Source of the DNA: an uncultured archaeon
GTDB taxonomy: Archaea; Aenigmatarchaeota; Aenigmatarchaeia; GW2011-AR5; JAHLMP01
Length of the DNA stretch: 35,446 bases
Assembly: GCA_964492465.1 (NCBI GenBank)
Contig: CAZBKL010000002.1
Coordinates: 1 to 35,446, forward strand
Direction: 5' to 3'
Under the pieces are notes generated by a model that was given only the letters and a program-made list of their open reading frames with translations, ran no database searches and was not told the origin of the DNA. Positions 1-8,591 of the stretch are shown one piece after another (within the stretch, counting starts at the first letter, position 1; every line of letters starts with the position of its first letter). Position numbers and translations under genes: made by a program.

Positions 1-248
1 GGTATGATTTTGTCCACTGCAAAAATAGCAAGGCAACCCGCAGCCACCCCAAAGCAGCATATCCATATTGAAGAGAATTTTATGCTCTCGGGAATCAGGT
101 CCAGGAAAGAAACAGAGAGCATTACTCCTGCTGCAAAAGAGAGCATTGACATCATAAATTTCCGGGAAGGGTATTTCAGAACTCCGATAGCAGAGCCGAT
201 TACTGGGCCGAGCATGGAAATGAATATTATCAATAAAACATTGTCCAT
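1..248 (-). CDS. ZIP-family (ZupT-like) metal transporter, N-terminal part; gene continues past the left edge
   Basis: Absent from the ORF track because it has no stop in the window. My reverse-strand translation from ATG at 248 gives MDNVLLIIFISMLGPVIGSAIGVLKYPSRKFMMSMLSFAAGVMLSVSFLDLIPESIKFSSIWICCFGVAAGCLAIFAVDKII. It has hydrophobic helices and a LSFAAGVML..SFLDLIPE signature typical of ZIP permeases. ORF 4..255(+) is its antisense shadow. Confidence 0.6.
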   Translation of the reverse strand, partial: MDNVLLIIFISMLGPVIGSAIGVLKYPSRKFMMSMLSFAAGVMLSVSFLDLIPESIKFSSIWICCFGVAAGCLAIFAVDKII

Positions 249-264
249 GAAATAATTTCTATTT

Positions 265-288
265 TATAATATAAATTATAATATAAAT
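265..288. repeat. Perfect tandem 12-mer TATAATATAAAT x2 between the ScpB stop and the ZIP gene start
   Basis: Read directly: copies at 265-276 and 277-288 are identical. The sequence is TATA-box-like and sits 17-40 nt upstream of the minus-strand ATG at 248. Confidence 0.8.
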
Positions 289-812
289 CAGACATTCTGC
301 GAAGCAATTTCTGCATTCTCGTTTGAGAGGCTGTTTTTCAGCTTTTCCTTATCAACCCCAAAATACTCCTCGAAAAGCTTTGTTATGAATATCCTCTTTG
401 TCCTGGAATGCTTTTCTGTCTTTATGAAGCCGAGTTCTTCCAGCTCCTTTACATATTCGTAAACGCGGTTGCCAACGACCTTTACCAGGTCGCTTTGCGT
501 GACAGGCTCGTTCCTGGCTATTATTGACAATATTCTCAGCAAGCCGCGCGACATGTCAGAATGCCTTGTAAGCTTGGAAACTTTTTGTATATAAACAGGC
601 TTTATGGCAAGCCTGAATCCGCCTGTCCTGGAAAGTTCTATCCCGCTGGACTGGTCGCTGTATTTCTGCTCAAGCTTTGCTATGAGAGGCTCAACAGAGC
701 CTTTTTTCATTTTGAGAATCTGCTCAATTTCCTCAATCATAAGCGGTCTCTCTGTCATGAAAAGCGCTGCTTCAAGAAGGGCAATCTTCTCCTGTTCGTT
801 TCTTTCGACCAT
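288..812 (-). CDS. scpB: Segregation and condensation protein B (ScpB-like, tandem winged helix)
   Basis: 174 aa. The N-terminal EKIALLEAALFMTERPLMIEEIEQIL, followed by a second wHTH (GLLRILSIIARNEPVTQSDLVKVVGNRVYEYVKELEELGFI), is the typical ScpB layout. Confidence 0.8.
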   Translation of the reverse strand: MVERNEQEKIALLEAALFMTERPLMIEEIEQILKMKKGSVEPLIAKLEQKYSDQSSGIELSRTGGFRLAIKPVYIQKVSKLTRHSDMSRGLLRILSIIARNEPVTQSDLVKVVGNRVYEYVKELEELGFIKTEKHSRTKRIFITKLFEEYFGVDKEKLKNSLSNENAEIASQNV

Positions 813-871
813 TCAAACTAACCTAAAATCAGTAAAGTTAAGAATTACATGGATTAGAGAAAATAAATAAT

Positions 872-1198
872 TTAGTCAGTAAGTTCTATCTCTATTTTTA
901 CATCTTTTGGCATAGGAATCCTGGTTATCTGCCTAAGTACCCTGGGATTGGCGCCAACATCGAGTATTCTTTTATGTATCCTCATTTCCCATGTTTCCCA
1001 GTTTCCGCCACCGCCTCCCCGGTGCATACCGTCGCCGCATGGCGTCCTTATGACCGGTATTCTCATTCTTTTTGTCGGCAGAGGTATCGGTCCCTTGACA
1101 GAAACCCCGAGCTTCTCTGAAAGCAGCTTAATTTCCCTGCATATTGTGTCGAGCTCTTCGGGCTTTCTTCCTATAATTTTTATCCTTGCTTTTTGCAT
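872..1198 (-). CDS. rps10: 30S ribosomal protein S10 (uS10)
   Basis: 108 aa. KARIKIIG...LDTICREI...VKGPIPLPTKRMRIPVIRTPCG...WEMRIHKRILDV matches the uS10 pattern. Confidence 0.9.
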   Translation of the reverse strand: MQKARIKIIGRKPEELDTICREIKLLSEKLGVSVKGPIPLPTKRMRIPVIRTPCGDGMHRGGGGGNWETWEMRIHKRILDVGANPRVLRQITRIPMPKDVKIEIELTD

Positions 1199-1237
1199 AT
1201 CAATCTTAATAAGAAATAAACTATAAAAATGTAATTT

Positions 1238-2557
1238 ATGGCAAGAAAGGCTTCTGCGCAGGTTGACTTTGCAATAGCTTCAGGCATGTTCATAATTATA
1301 TTTGCTTTCCTGGTGCTTTTTTCAACAGACTATTTTTCATCTCTTAAGAACGACGCGACCCTGACTGAGAAACGCGGATTCGCGCTTAGCCTGCTGAACG
1401 ACCTCCTTGACCAGGGCGAGCCTGCAAACTGGCAGTTTTCACTGCAGACTTTCAGCAACAACAGCGCAGCAAACTGGTCTATTAGCCTGAACAGGACTGC
1501 AAATTCCACTATCAGCACTTTCTCAGCAGGGGAGCTTAACCAGGCAGGCGATTCCAAATATGCATTCATAAACAACAGCGAACTGGCAGATGTGCTGGAA
1601 TTCACTTTCCCGTATCTTGGAATTCCGCAAAATGCGGCAATGGGAAATTCGTCATTCAAAGTTCTTTACAACACATCGAGCTTTGAGCAGTCCGGAGGAG
1701 ATGGCGATTATAAGGATGATTTGACAGCTTTTTCCGAAGGCTCTGAAACCTATATGGACGACTGGGGAAACGGCAGCACATCAAATTTATGGATATGGTG
1801 GAACTCGTCTGACTATCTGCTGTGGCTGTACCAGACAGAAGATGCGAACAACCTCGTGGCAAGGATATACTTCTTGCCCTCGTCCCCTGACATATGCTAT
1901 TTTGACCAGATAAATTTCACTGCAAATTACTCCTACTACCCTTATTATCCGAAAAAGCTGGGAATTTCTGCTGATATCTACAGCATGGAGATATTGCTGA
2001 ACAATACTATCAATGACAGCGCAGCAGAGAACGTGACAGTTAATTTCACCCTGCTGGGATATCCTGATGTTGATATAAATTCTGTTTTCGTGCAAAATGA
2101 AACAGGCTCGCCCCTAAGCTGCAATGTTTCCGGAAAGATTCTCCTTTTCCAGACACCAATAAACAACAATACGCAGAAATGGTTCAAGGTATGGTTCAGC
2201 AAAAACAGCACGAGCAACTTCTCCTCTGCTGCCTGCAGCGCAACTCTCAGCAGCGGCACCAACAACCTGACAACAGCAAACAGGAACGAAACGCTGTTTT
2301 CCATCCAAAAATCTTCTGCAATCCACTATTCAAAGCTGTCTGCGCTTAATGCGAGCAATTACATGATAATGAAAAACCTTACTGATGTAAAATATGATTT
2401 TCACGTCACTTTGAAAAATTCCACAGGAAGCGCTGTTCTTGAATATGGAGGCGAAATTCCGCTAAGGGCTGACATAAACGCTCTGCAAAGAAGCGTTCTT
2501 TACCAGAATTCGAGTGCAGGAATAAATTACGGTACTCTTTATTTGTACATGTGGTGA
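1238..2557 (+). CDS. Secreted or cell-surface protein with a pilin-like (class III-like) N-terminal hydrophobic segment; heavily sequon-rich
   Basis: 439 aa. The N-terminus MARKASAQVDFAIASGMFIIIFAFLVLF has a basic head, small residues and a Q before a ~20-aa hydrophobic helix. I count about 26 N-X-S/T sequons by eye. I recognise no catalytic motif. Confidence 0.6.
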   Translation: MARKASAQVDFAIASGMFIIIFAFLVLFSTDYFSSLKNDATLTEKRGFALSLLNDLLDQGEPANWQFSLQTFSNNSAANWSISLNRTANSTISTFSAGELNQAGDSKYAFINNSELADVLEFTFPYLGIPQNAAMGNSSFKVLYNTSSFEQSGGDGDYKDDLTAFSEGSETYMDDWGNGSTSNLWIWWNSSDYLLWLYQTEDANNLVARIYFLPSSPDICYFDQINFTANYSYYPYYPKKLGISADIYSMEILLNNTINDSAAENVTVNFTLLGYPDVDINSVFVQNETGSPLSCNVSGKILLFQTPINNNTQKWFKVWFSKNSTSNFSSAACSATLSSGTNNLTTANRNETLFSIQKSSAIHYSKLSALNASNYMIMKNLTDVKYDFHVTLKNSTGSAVLEYGGEIPLRADINALQRSVLYQNSSAGINYGTLYLYMW

Positions 2558-2624
2558 GATGAAGCCTTTAAAAGATTTTTTTCACAAAAAATAGAATACT
2601 AAATTTGATTTGCAGTGATATCAT

Positions 2625-4793
2625 ATGGCAAAAACAAAAACCGAGTTAATTCAGGAGCTCATGAGCAAGCCCAACAACATAAGGAACATATCAATTGCTG
2701 CTCATATAGACCACGGAAAAACAACGCTGACAGACAGCCTGCTCTATGGAGCTGGAATGCTGTCAGCAGAGATGGCTGGAAAGACGTGCTGGACAGACTT
2801 TGACAAGCAGGAGCAGGAGCGCGGCATAACAATCTATTCTTCGAATGTCTCAATGGTTCATGAGTACGGAGATGACAATTACCTGGTCAATCTTATAGAC
2901 ACGCCAGGTCACGTGGACTTTGGCGGCGATGTCACCAGGGCAATGAGGGCTGTTGACGGCACTATAATTCTTGCCTGCGCTGTTGAAGGAGTCATGCCAC
3001 AGACTGAAACAGTCATAAGGCAGGCTCTTCATGAAAGAGTAAAGCCTGTTCTCTTCATAAACAAGGCTGACAGGCTAATAAGAGAATTAAAGCTGACTCC
3101 AGAAGCTATGCAGGAGCGGTTCATGAAAATCATAAAAGAGGTCAACCGACTGATAATCAAATATTCTGAAAAGGATTTTGCTGACAAGTTTCTGGTCAAT
3201 GTGGAGGATGGTTCTGTGGCGTTCGGCTCTGCCTACAGGAAATGGGCAATATCAGTTCCGTACATGAAAAAGCAGGGCATAACCTTCAAGGAAATAATAG
3301 AATGCTGCTCCCAGGAGCGGGATTCAGACTTGGCTGAAAAAGCACCGCTTCATAGGATTTTGCTCGACATGGTCATTCATCATCTGCCGAATCCGCGCCA
3401 GGCGCAGGTATATAGGATAGAAAAGCTATGGCACGGGAACCAGGAAACCAAGGTTTACAAGGATATGATAGAATGCAACCCAAATGGCGAGCTTGCGCTG
3501 ATTGTCACCAAAGTGGTGCCTGATCCCCATGCAGGAATGGTTGCTGCAGCAAGGATATTCTCAGGGACCATAAAGAGGGGGCAGAACGTTTACCTCGTCG
3601 GAAAGCAGACTGATAGAAGAGTTCAGCAAGTCCTGCTGTACAAGGGGCCTCAATATCTACAGATGGAAGAAATTCCAGCAGGCAACATACTTGGGGTTAT
3701 AGGGATGCCAGATGTCACTTCTGGTGAGACTCTTTGCAGCCCTGAAAATCATATTGAGCCTTTTGAGTCCATAAAGCACATATTTGAGCCTGTTGTAACA
3801 AAATCCATAGAGCCAAAGAGCCCAAATGACCTTCCAAAAGTCATAGAATTTCTCAGGCAGAAGAGCAGGGAGGATCCAACTCTTGTGGTTAGTATAAATG
3901 AGGAAACAGGCGAATACCTTGTTTGCGGGCTTGGCGAGCTTCATATAAATGCAAAAGTTGAGCGTCCGCTTCAGGACAAGGGCATTGAAATACAGACAAG
4001 CCAACCAATAGTTGTCTATAGGGAAACTGTATCAGCGACATCGCCTGAAGTTGAAGGAAAATCCTCCAACAAGCATAATCGCTTCTACATAGTTGTTGAG
4101 CCTCTTGAGCAGGGCGTTTATCAGGCAATTGCTGACGGCAGGATAGAAGAAGGTGTCATAAAGAAGAAGGATGTCTGGCCATTGCTTTCAGAAGCTGGAA
4201 TGAGCAAGGATGAGGCCAAGGGAACGAAGCTGATATTCAACAGGAATATTTTAATTGACACCACAAAAGGCATTCAGCATTTGAGCGAAACAATGGAGCT
4301 CGTTATGGATGCTTTTGAAGCTATTTGCAAAGAAGGCCCCATAGCCAAAGAGCCGTGCTCAGCTGTTAAGGTTAAGATAACAGATGTAAAGCTGCATGAA
4401 GATGCGATTCATAGGGGACCTGCCCAGGTAATACCTGCTGTAAGGCAGGCCATAGGCGAAGCTATGATGAGAGCAGAGCCTGCTTTGCTTGAGCCTGTTC
4501 AGATACTGAGAATAGATGCTCCTGAAGAAGTCATGGGAAACATAATAGACCTTGTGCAGAACAGGAGAGGCCAGATAATGGACATGAAAACAGAGCTCGG
4601 CGCAGCAATAATACAAACAAGGCTTCCTGTGGCAGAAATGTTCGGCTTCGAAGCGGCATTAAAATCCGCGACTGGCGGAAAAGGATTTTACTCGCTCATG
4701 GACGTGATATTTGAGCGCCTGCCAAGCGACCTCAGGGAGCTGACTGTCAGGAAGATAAGGGAGAGAAAGGGCATGAAAGAGAGTTCTGAATAA
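2625..4793 (+). CDS. fusA: Translation elongation factor 2 (aEF-2)
   Basis: 722 aa. GTPase motifs AHIDHGKTT, DTPGHVDF and NKADR are present, as is the diphthamide-site context HEDAIHRGPAQV. Confidence 0.97.
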   Translation: MAKTKTELIQELMSKPNNIRNISIAAHIDHGKTTLTDSLLYGAGMLSAEMAGKTCWTDFDKQEQERGITIYSSNVSMVHEYGDDNYLVNLIDTPGHVDFGGDVTRAMRAVDGTIILACAVEGVMPQTETVIRQALHERVKPVLFINKADRLIRELKLTPEAMQERFMKIIKEVNRLIIKYSEKDFADKFLVNVEDGSVAFGSAYRKWAISVPYMKKQGITFKEIIECCSQERDSDLAEKAPLHRILLDMVIHHLPNPRQAQVYRIEKLWHGNQETKVYKDMIECNPNGELALIVTKVVPDPHAGMVAAARIFSGTIKRGQNVYLVGKQTDRRVQQVLLYKGPQYLQMEEIPAGNILGVIGMPDVTSGETLCSPENHIEPFESIKHIFEPVVTKSIEPKSPNDLPKVIEFLRQKSREDPTLVVSINEETGEYLVCGLGELHINAKVERPLQDKGIEIQTSQPIVVYRETVSATSPEVEGKSSNKHNRFYIVVEPLEQGVYQAIADGRIEEGVIKKKDVWPLLSEAGMSKDEAKGTKLIFNRNILIDTTKGIQHLSETMELVMDAFEAICKEGPIAKEPCSAVKVKITDVKLHEDAIHRGPAQVIPAVRQAIGEAMMRAEPALLEPVQILRIDAPEEVMGNIIDLVQNRRGQIMDMKTELGAAIIQTRLPVAEMFGFEAALKSATGGKGFYSLMDVIFERLPSDLRELTVRKIRERKGMKESSE

Positions 4794-4805
4794 GGAATTT
4801 ATTTT

Positions 4806-5180
4806 CTACCAATATTCAGGCACTTCATTAATTTTTCTTTTTACATCAGAAACCCAATGTGCTCTTTTATCCGAATCCATCAAAGGCATGATATCATCAG
4901 CTTTGTGCTCATCAATAACCATTCTATATATTGATAAAATCCTTTCCATAGATTCTTTCAATGTTTCGCCTTTTGCGAAAGGCATTTTGCCGTTTTCTTT
5001 TCCTAAAAATCTAGATTCACAAACAAAGTCAGTGTACCAAGGTTTTTGATTAATAGAATCTCTCATAGGCTGAGGAAGAATATCATGCAAAATGCCAATG
5101 TCAAGCACCAACTGTGTTGGGTTAGTTAGACCACCCATCGGGATAGTGTCATAAACCAATATTCTATATCGCAGCCACAC
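4806..5180 (-). CDS. Hypothetical protein; possibly the C-terminal half of a frameshifted gene
   Basis: 124-aa ORF that overlaps the upstream ORF by 55 nt in a different frame. The region looks more AT-rich than its neighbours. No motif recognised. Confidence 0.35.
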   Translation of the reverse strand: MWLRYRILVYDTIPMGGLTNPTQLVLDIGILHDILPQPMRDSINQKPWYTDFVCESRFLGKENGKMPFAKGETLKESMERILSIYRMVIDEHKADDIMPLMDSDKRAHWVSDVKRKINEVPEYW

Positions 5181-5524
5181 GCTTTTCCGGAAAATTCATA
5201 AAAAATATGCGGGTTTGGTGATTTTTCTCGATTTATAAATCCAAAAAGAGCGCCAACTGTTTCCATACAGGGTTGTAAATCTTTTACAACCGCATCTCTT
5301 ACGGGTATCAATAAGTCTTTTCTAATCTCTTCCAAACCAGAAAACTTTGAAGGTATGCTAATAACAGGTAGGTTTACTGCTATCTTATAATTTTCCAACC
5401 CAAAATTTATTTTATTACAATCAATGGAAACATCTCTTTCTCTGGGTTTCGTATCTTGATTTTGGTATATGCTAGCATTATAACCTGATATAAGCGCATA
5501 CTCAGCAACAAGCATTTTAATCAC
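5126..5524 (-). CDS. Hypothetical protein; possibly the N-terminal half of a frameshifted gene
   Basis: 132-aa ORF on the same strand as 4806..5180 with a 55-nt out-of-frame overlap. No motif recognised. Confidence 0.4.
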   Translation of the reverse strand: MIKMLVAEYALISGYNASIYQNQDTKPRERDVSIDCNKINFGLENYKIAVNLPVISIPSKFSGLEEIRKDLLIPVRDAVVKDLQPCMETVGALFGFINREKSPNPHIFYEFSGKACGCDIEYWFMTLSRWVV

Positions 5525-5639
5525 TCATAAGTTATTAACAATAAAAGCTTTAAAAAGCTTTTTCGTTTGGTATGAGAAAAAATGAATTTGTATTTGGAGT
5601 GCAATAACCTTTATGTGCTTCCTTGACCAAATATTATTA

Positions 5640-5816
5640 ATGTTTGGATTAAAAAAGAAAAAAGGCGGGAAGAAGCCTTTTGGCGGCTATGGAATAAATT
5701 TTGCTGGCCAGACCAAGACGCTTGAGGAGCTTTTTGGAAGCAAGAAAATAACTCCGAGCGAGATGACCAAGAAGCTATGGACATTTGTCAAGTCAAGGAA
5801 GCTTGGCAAGAAGTAG
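5640..5816 (+). CDS. Small basic protein (58 aa), paralog A; C-terminus resembles a SWIB/MDM2-like helix
   Basis: From the internal ATG at 5640: MFGLKKKKGGKKPFGGYGINFAGQTKTLEELFGSKKITPSEMTKKLWTFVKSRKLGKK. It is about 65 percent identical by eye to the unlisted ORF at 6142..6297. A T-run and a hairpin follow the stop. Confidence 0.5.
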   Translation: MFGLKKKKGGKKPFGGYGINFAGQTKTLEELFGSKKITPSEMTKKLWTFVKSRKLGKK

Positions 5817-5835
5817 TTTTTTTTGTTTTATTTTT

Positions 5836-5860
5836 GACTTCTTCTGGAAAGCAAGAAGTC
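5836..5860 (+). terminator. Hairpin GACTTCTT-(9 nt)-AAGAAGTC after a T-run, downstream of small gene A
   Basis: The 8-bp perfect stem was read directly. It is preceded by TTTTTTTTGTTTTATTTTT. Confidence 0.4.
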
Positions 5861-6009
5861 AGAAAGAAATCCGCAAAGAAACATCCACCTTTAGATGGAA
5901 GTATCGTTGGAATTTCATTTTTTATTTTGGCTTGCAGCAATGATATTCTAAATTATCCCAAATTACAAAACATTTAATCAAACCTTTTATTATCCTGATG
6001 ACAATTATT

Positions 6010-6120
6010 ATAACAATGCATTAATATCTTCCCAAGCTAAAGCTTGGGGTTTCCCTTATGCATTGTTATACAGGTGAGCCCATCTGCGTACTAAAGTCCG
6101 CAGATTTGGCTGTGCTCACC
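6010..6120 (+). ncRNA. Structured RNA-like element of unknown class: two adjacent nested hairpins just upstream of small gene B
   Basis: Hairpin 1 has a 12-bp outer stem, ATAACAATGCAT (6010-6021) pairing with ATGCATTGTTAT (6058-6069). It encloses a 9/9-nt internal loop and an inner stem CCCAAGC-TAAA-GCTTGGG. Hairpin 2 has GGTGAGC (6073-6079) pairing with GCTCACC (6114-6120), enclosing ATCTGCG-(10 nt)-CGCAGAT. All stems were checked by eye as exact complements. Confidence 0.35.
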
Positions 6121-6141
6121 ATGTATTGAAAGAGTGATGCA

Positions 6142-6297
6142 ATGGCTGAGAAAAAAGCATTCGGCGGATATGGCATATGCTTTGCTGGACAGACTGCCAC
6201 AATGGAGGAAGTTTTCGGCAAGGAGTCTATAGCTCCCAGTTTGATGACAAAAAAGCTCTGGGAATTTGTCAAGTCCAAAAATCTTGGAAAGAAGTAA
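6142..6297 (+). CDS. Small basic protein (51 aa), paralog B; not in the ORF track (below its length cutoff)
   Basis: My translation: MAEKKAFGGYGICFAGQTATMEEVFGKESIAPSLMTKKLWEFVKSKNLGKK, then a stop at 6295-6297. It aligns end to end with 5640..5816. ORF 6066..6278(-) in the track is its antisense shadow. Confidence 0.5.
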   Translation: MAEKKAFGGYGICFAGQTATMEEVFGKESIAPSLMTKKLWEFVKSKNLGKK

Positions 6298-6344
6298 GTT
6301 CTTTGATTTTTTTATTTTTTGATATTATTTTTGTTTTTCTAGTT

Positions 6345-7046
6345 TCATGAACCTGCAAGCATGCTCCTGACAAATTCAAGCTCCTTTTCAGCAGCTTCTC
6401 TTGAGCCCATTATGCTCTCTATTATAATCGGGTAATGTTTCAGCTTTCTTATGCATTCTGAAAGCTGCTCTTTGTTTTCAGCGTCAAAAATTGTGGAATG
6501 CCATTTTCCTTTGCTGAAGCCGCTTATGTGAATCATTTTCAGGCTGCTTTCCATGGCACCAAGCATTTCGCCAAACTTGTCAAAATTCCCGTAAGCTGCA
6601 TAGAGATGGGCAATGTCAAAAACAAAGCCGGTATTGTATGACTTTTTTATTTTCATTATGTCTTCTGCTGTTGCGCCGAACTTTTCCAGCACATTCAAAT
6701 TTTCTACCAGAATATTGAAGCCCTTCAGCGGGTCCATGTTTTCTATGGAATCAGCTTCAATTACAAATGAGTTTATTCCCGTCTTCTGACTAATTTCTTC
6801 CATTTTTTTAATCATGGATTCTGTTTCCCTGTTGCAGCCATATCTGATTCCTTTCCAGGGCAGATGAAAATAAACATTTTTCATTTTCACAGGCTGCGGC
6901 CCTGATTTGATAAATTCATCAAGTTCGCCTATGCTGGCGCATAGTATTTGCAAGGCGTTGATATCCATTGAAAGAACTTCTTCCATCTGGCTGCGAACAT
7001 CCGGCTTCCATGGAAAGAAGCATCCTGTGCTAAGCCCAAGTATCAT
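6345..7046 (-). CDS. Xylose-isomerase-like TIM-barrel protein (sugar phosphate isomerase/epimerase family)
   Basis: 233 aa. Alternating beta/alpha pattern with FHLPW, VIEADS, VFDIAHLY and MIHISG strand-end motifs resembling the AP-endonuclease-2/xylose isomerase-like fold. Confidence 0.6.
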   Translation of the reverse strand: MILGLSTGCFFPWKPDVRSQMEEVLSMDINALQILCASIGELDEFIKSGPQPVKMKNVYFHLPWKGIRYGCNRETESMIKKMEEISQKTGINSFVIEADSIENMDPLKGFNILVENLNVLEKFGATAEDIMKIKKSYNTGFVFDIAHLYAAYGNFDKFGEMLGAMESSLKMIHISGFSKGKWHSTIFDAENKEQLSECIRKLKHYPIIIESIMGSREAAEKELEFVRSMLAGS

Positions 7047-7069
7047 GAAACGTGTATTCCAGAAAAATT

Positions 7070-8317
7070 TTAAATTTCAATCTCGTCCCCGTTTTTCGGG
7101 GCAAAAGCAGGTATCTTGAATTCACGTTCAATATCCCTTGCAAACTGCTGGCATTTGTCGCCGTGAACGCATATTACTTGCTCTGGCCTGAGCTTCCTGA
7201 TTATATCCAGAAGCTCGCCCCTGCCAGCATGCGATGAGAAGTCAAAGCGGGTTATGCGACAGCGGACAGCAAATTCCTCGTTCTCGTTTTTGTATATGTT
7301 TGTGTCAAGCAGATGCTTGCCCGGGCTGCCTTCCACCTGGAAGCCGACAATGATTACTTTGGAGTCCCGCCTGTTCTGGATTTTTCTTAAATAGTAAGCG
7401 ACTGGTCCACCTGAGAGCATTCCGGAGGTGGTGACTATTATGGAAGGCTTTTTCAAAGCTGCCTCGCGCTGCTTCTCATTATCAATTTTCCTGATTTTCC
7501 TGAAAATATTTTTCAGCTCATCGCTGTTTCTTATGCACTTGCTGTTTTTCAGTATTATTTTTGTGGCCTCTTTTGCCATTCCGTCAAGGGCCATATAATT
7601 TTCATATCCTTTCAGGTTAAGCAGAATCTCCTGGGCTCTGCCAACTGCAAAAACCGGTATGATAACGTGCTCGTTCATGTTCAGCGCTTCGTCTATTTCG
7701 CTTCGAAAAAGAGCATCCCTGTTATGAACATCAGGATGGTTGCGGTCGCTGTAGGTGCTCTCAATTATCAGCGTGTTGACTTTCTCCTTGGGCAGCCTGC
7801 AGCCTGAAACCAGCTTCTGCGCGCTTAGCTTTGTATCGCCTGTATAGAATATGTTTTTTTTGCCTGAGCTGAGCAGCACTCCGGCAGAGCCTGGTATATG
7901 GCCAGCATCAAAGAGCCTAAGGCTGGCGTCTTTTACAGAAAACGGCTTTTCGCATTTCACCGGCTTGATGCTGTTCATGATCTTCCTCGCATCCTCTTTT
8001 GAGAAGTGCTGCGGATACTGGTTGATTCTGGCTATTTTCAGGAAATCATTTATCAGAAGCTCTGACATTTCTGCTGTTGCGCTGGTTGTAAAAACAGGCG
8101 CCTTGTGCCTAGCAAGAACAGGGACTGCGCCGCAATGGTCAAGGTGGGAATGGGTCGGGATTATTGCATCAACCTTGTCAGGAACCAGCGGAAACTCCCC
8201 TGGCGCAGGCTCTATTTTCACGCCATAGTCCATGATTATGGAAGCATTTTTAGTATGAACCTGAATAGCAGACCTTCCGACTTCCTGGCCTCCACCGAGT
8301 ATTCTTATTTTCATCAT
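7070..8317 (-). CDS. Beta-CASP metallo-beta-lactamase RNase (aCPSF2-like, no KH domains)
   Basis: 415 aa. Motifs THSHLDHCGAVP (HxHxDH), FDAGHIPGS, ESTYSDRNHP, FSSHAGRGEL and VHGD are present. Confidence 0.85.
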   Translation of the reverse strand: MMKIRILGGGQEVGRSAIQVHTKNASIIMDYGVKIEPAPGEFPLVPDKVDAIIPTHSHLDHCGAVPVLARHKAPVFTTSATAEMSELLINDFLKIARINQYPQHFSKEDARKIMNSIKPVKCEKPFSVKDASLRLFDAGHIPGSAGVLLSSGKKNIFYTGDTKLSAQKLVSGCRLPKEKVNTLIIESTYSDRNHPDVHNRDALFRSEIDEALNMNEHVIIPVFAVGRAQEILLNLKGYENYMALDGMAKEATKIILKNSKCIRNSDELKNIFRKIRKIDNEKQREAALKKPSIIVTTSGMLSGGPVAYYLRKIQNRRDSKVIIVGFQVEGSPGKHLLDTNIYKNENEEFAVRCRITRFDFSSHAGRGELLDIIRKLRPEQVICVHGDKCQQFARDIEREFKIPAFAPKNGDEIEI

Positions 8318-8364
8318 GATCAGTCTAAAATTGGTTTTTATAATTTCAAATTATTAACTTAAAT

Positions 8365-8586
8365 ATGCCTGCAGCTGATAAAAAAGGGCTGATAACAAAG
8401 GATATGACATTCCATGAAGTCCTGGAAAAGCATCCGCAGACAGTAAGCATATTCTTCAAGTACCAGCTTCACTGCATTGGCTGCCCCATATCAGCAAGCG
8501 AGAGCATAGAGCAGGGGGCCAGAAGCCATGGCATAAAAGTCGAGAAGCTCCTGGCAGAGCTCAACAAGGCTGCTAAGAAAAAGTAG
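8365..8586 (+). CDS. DUF1858-type small redox-disulfide protein (hybrid-cluster-protein-associated family)
   Basis: 73 aa. ITKDMTFHEVLEKHPQTVSIFFKYQLHCIGCPISASESIEQGARSHGI is the typical DUF1858 pattern with a CxxC. Confidence 0.7.
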   Translation: MPAADKKGLITKDMTFHEVLEKHPQTVSIFFKYQLHCIGCPISASESIEQGARSHGIKVEKLLAELNKAAKKK

Positions 8587-8591
8587 AATTT

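Noticed and set aside
6010-6072. Hairpin 1 followed immediately by ACA, considered as an H/ACA guide RNA
   Set aside because: The 12-bp lower stem plus the 9-nt 3' pocket strand puts the ACA about 21 nt from the upper stem, not the canonical 14-16 nt. The upper stem shows no K-turn or K-loop (GA/AG) signature.
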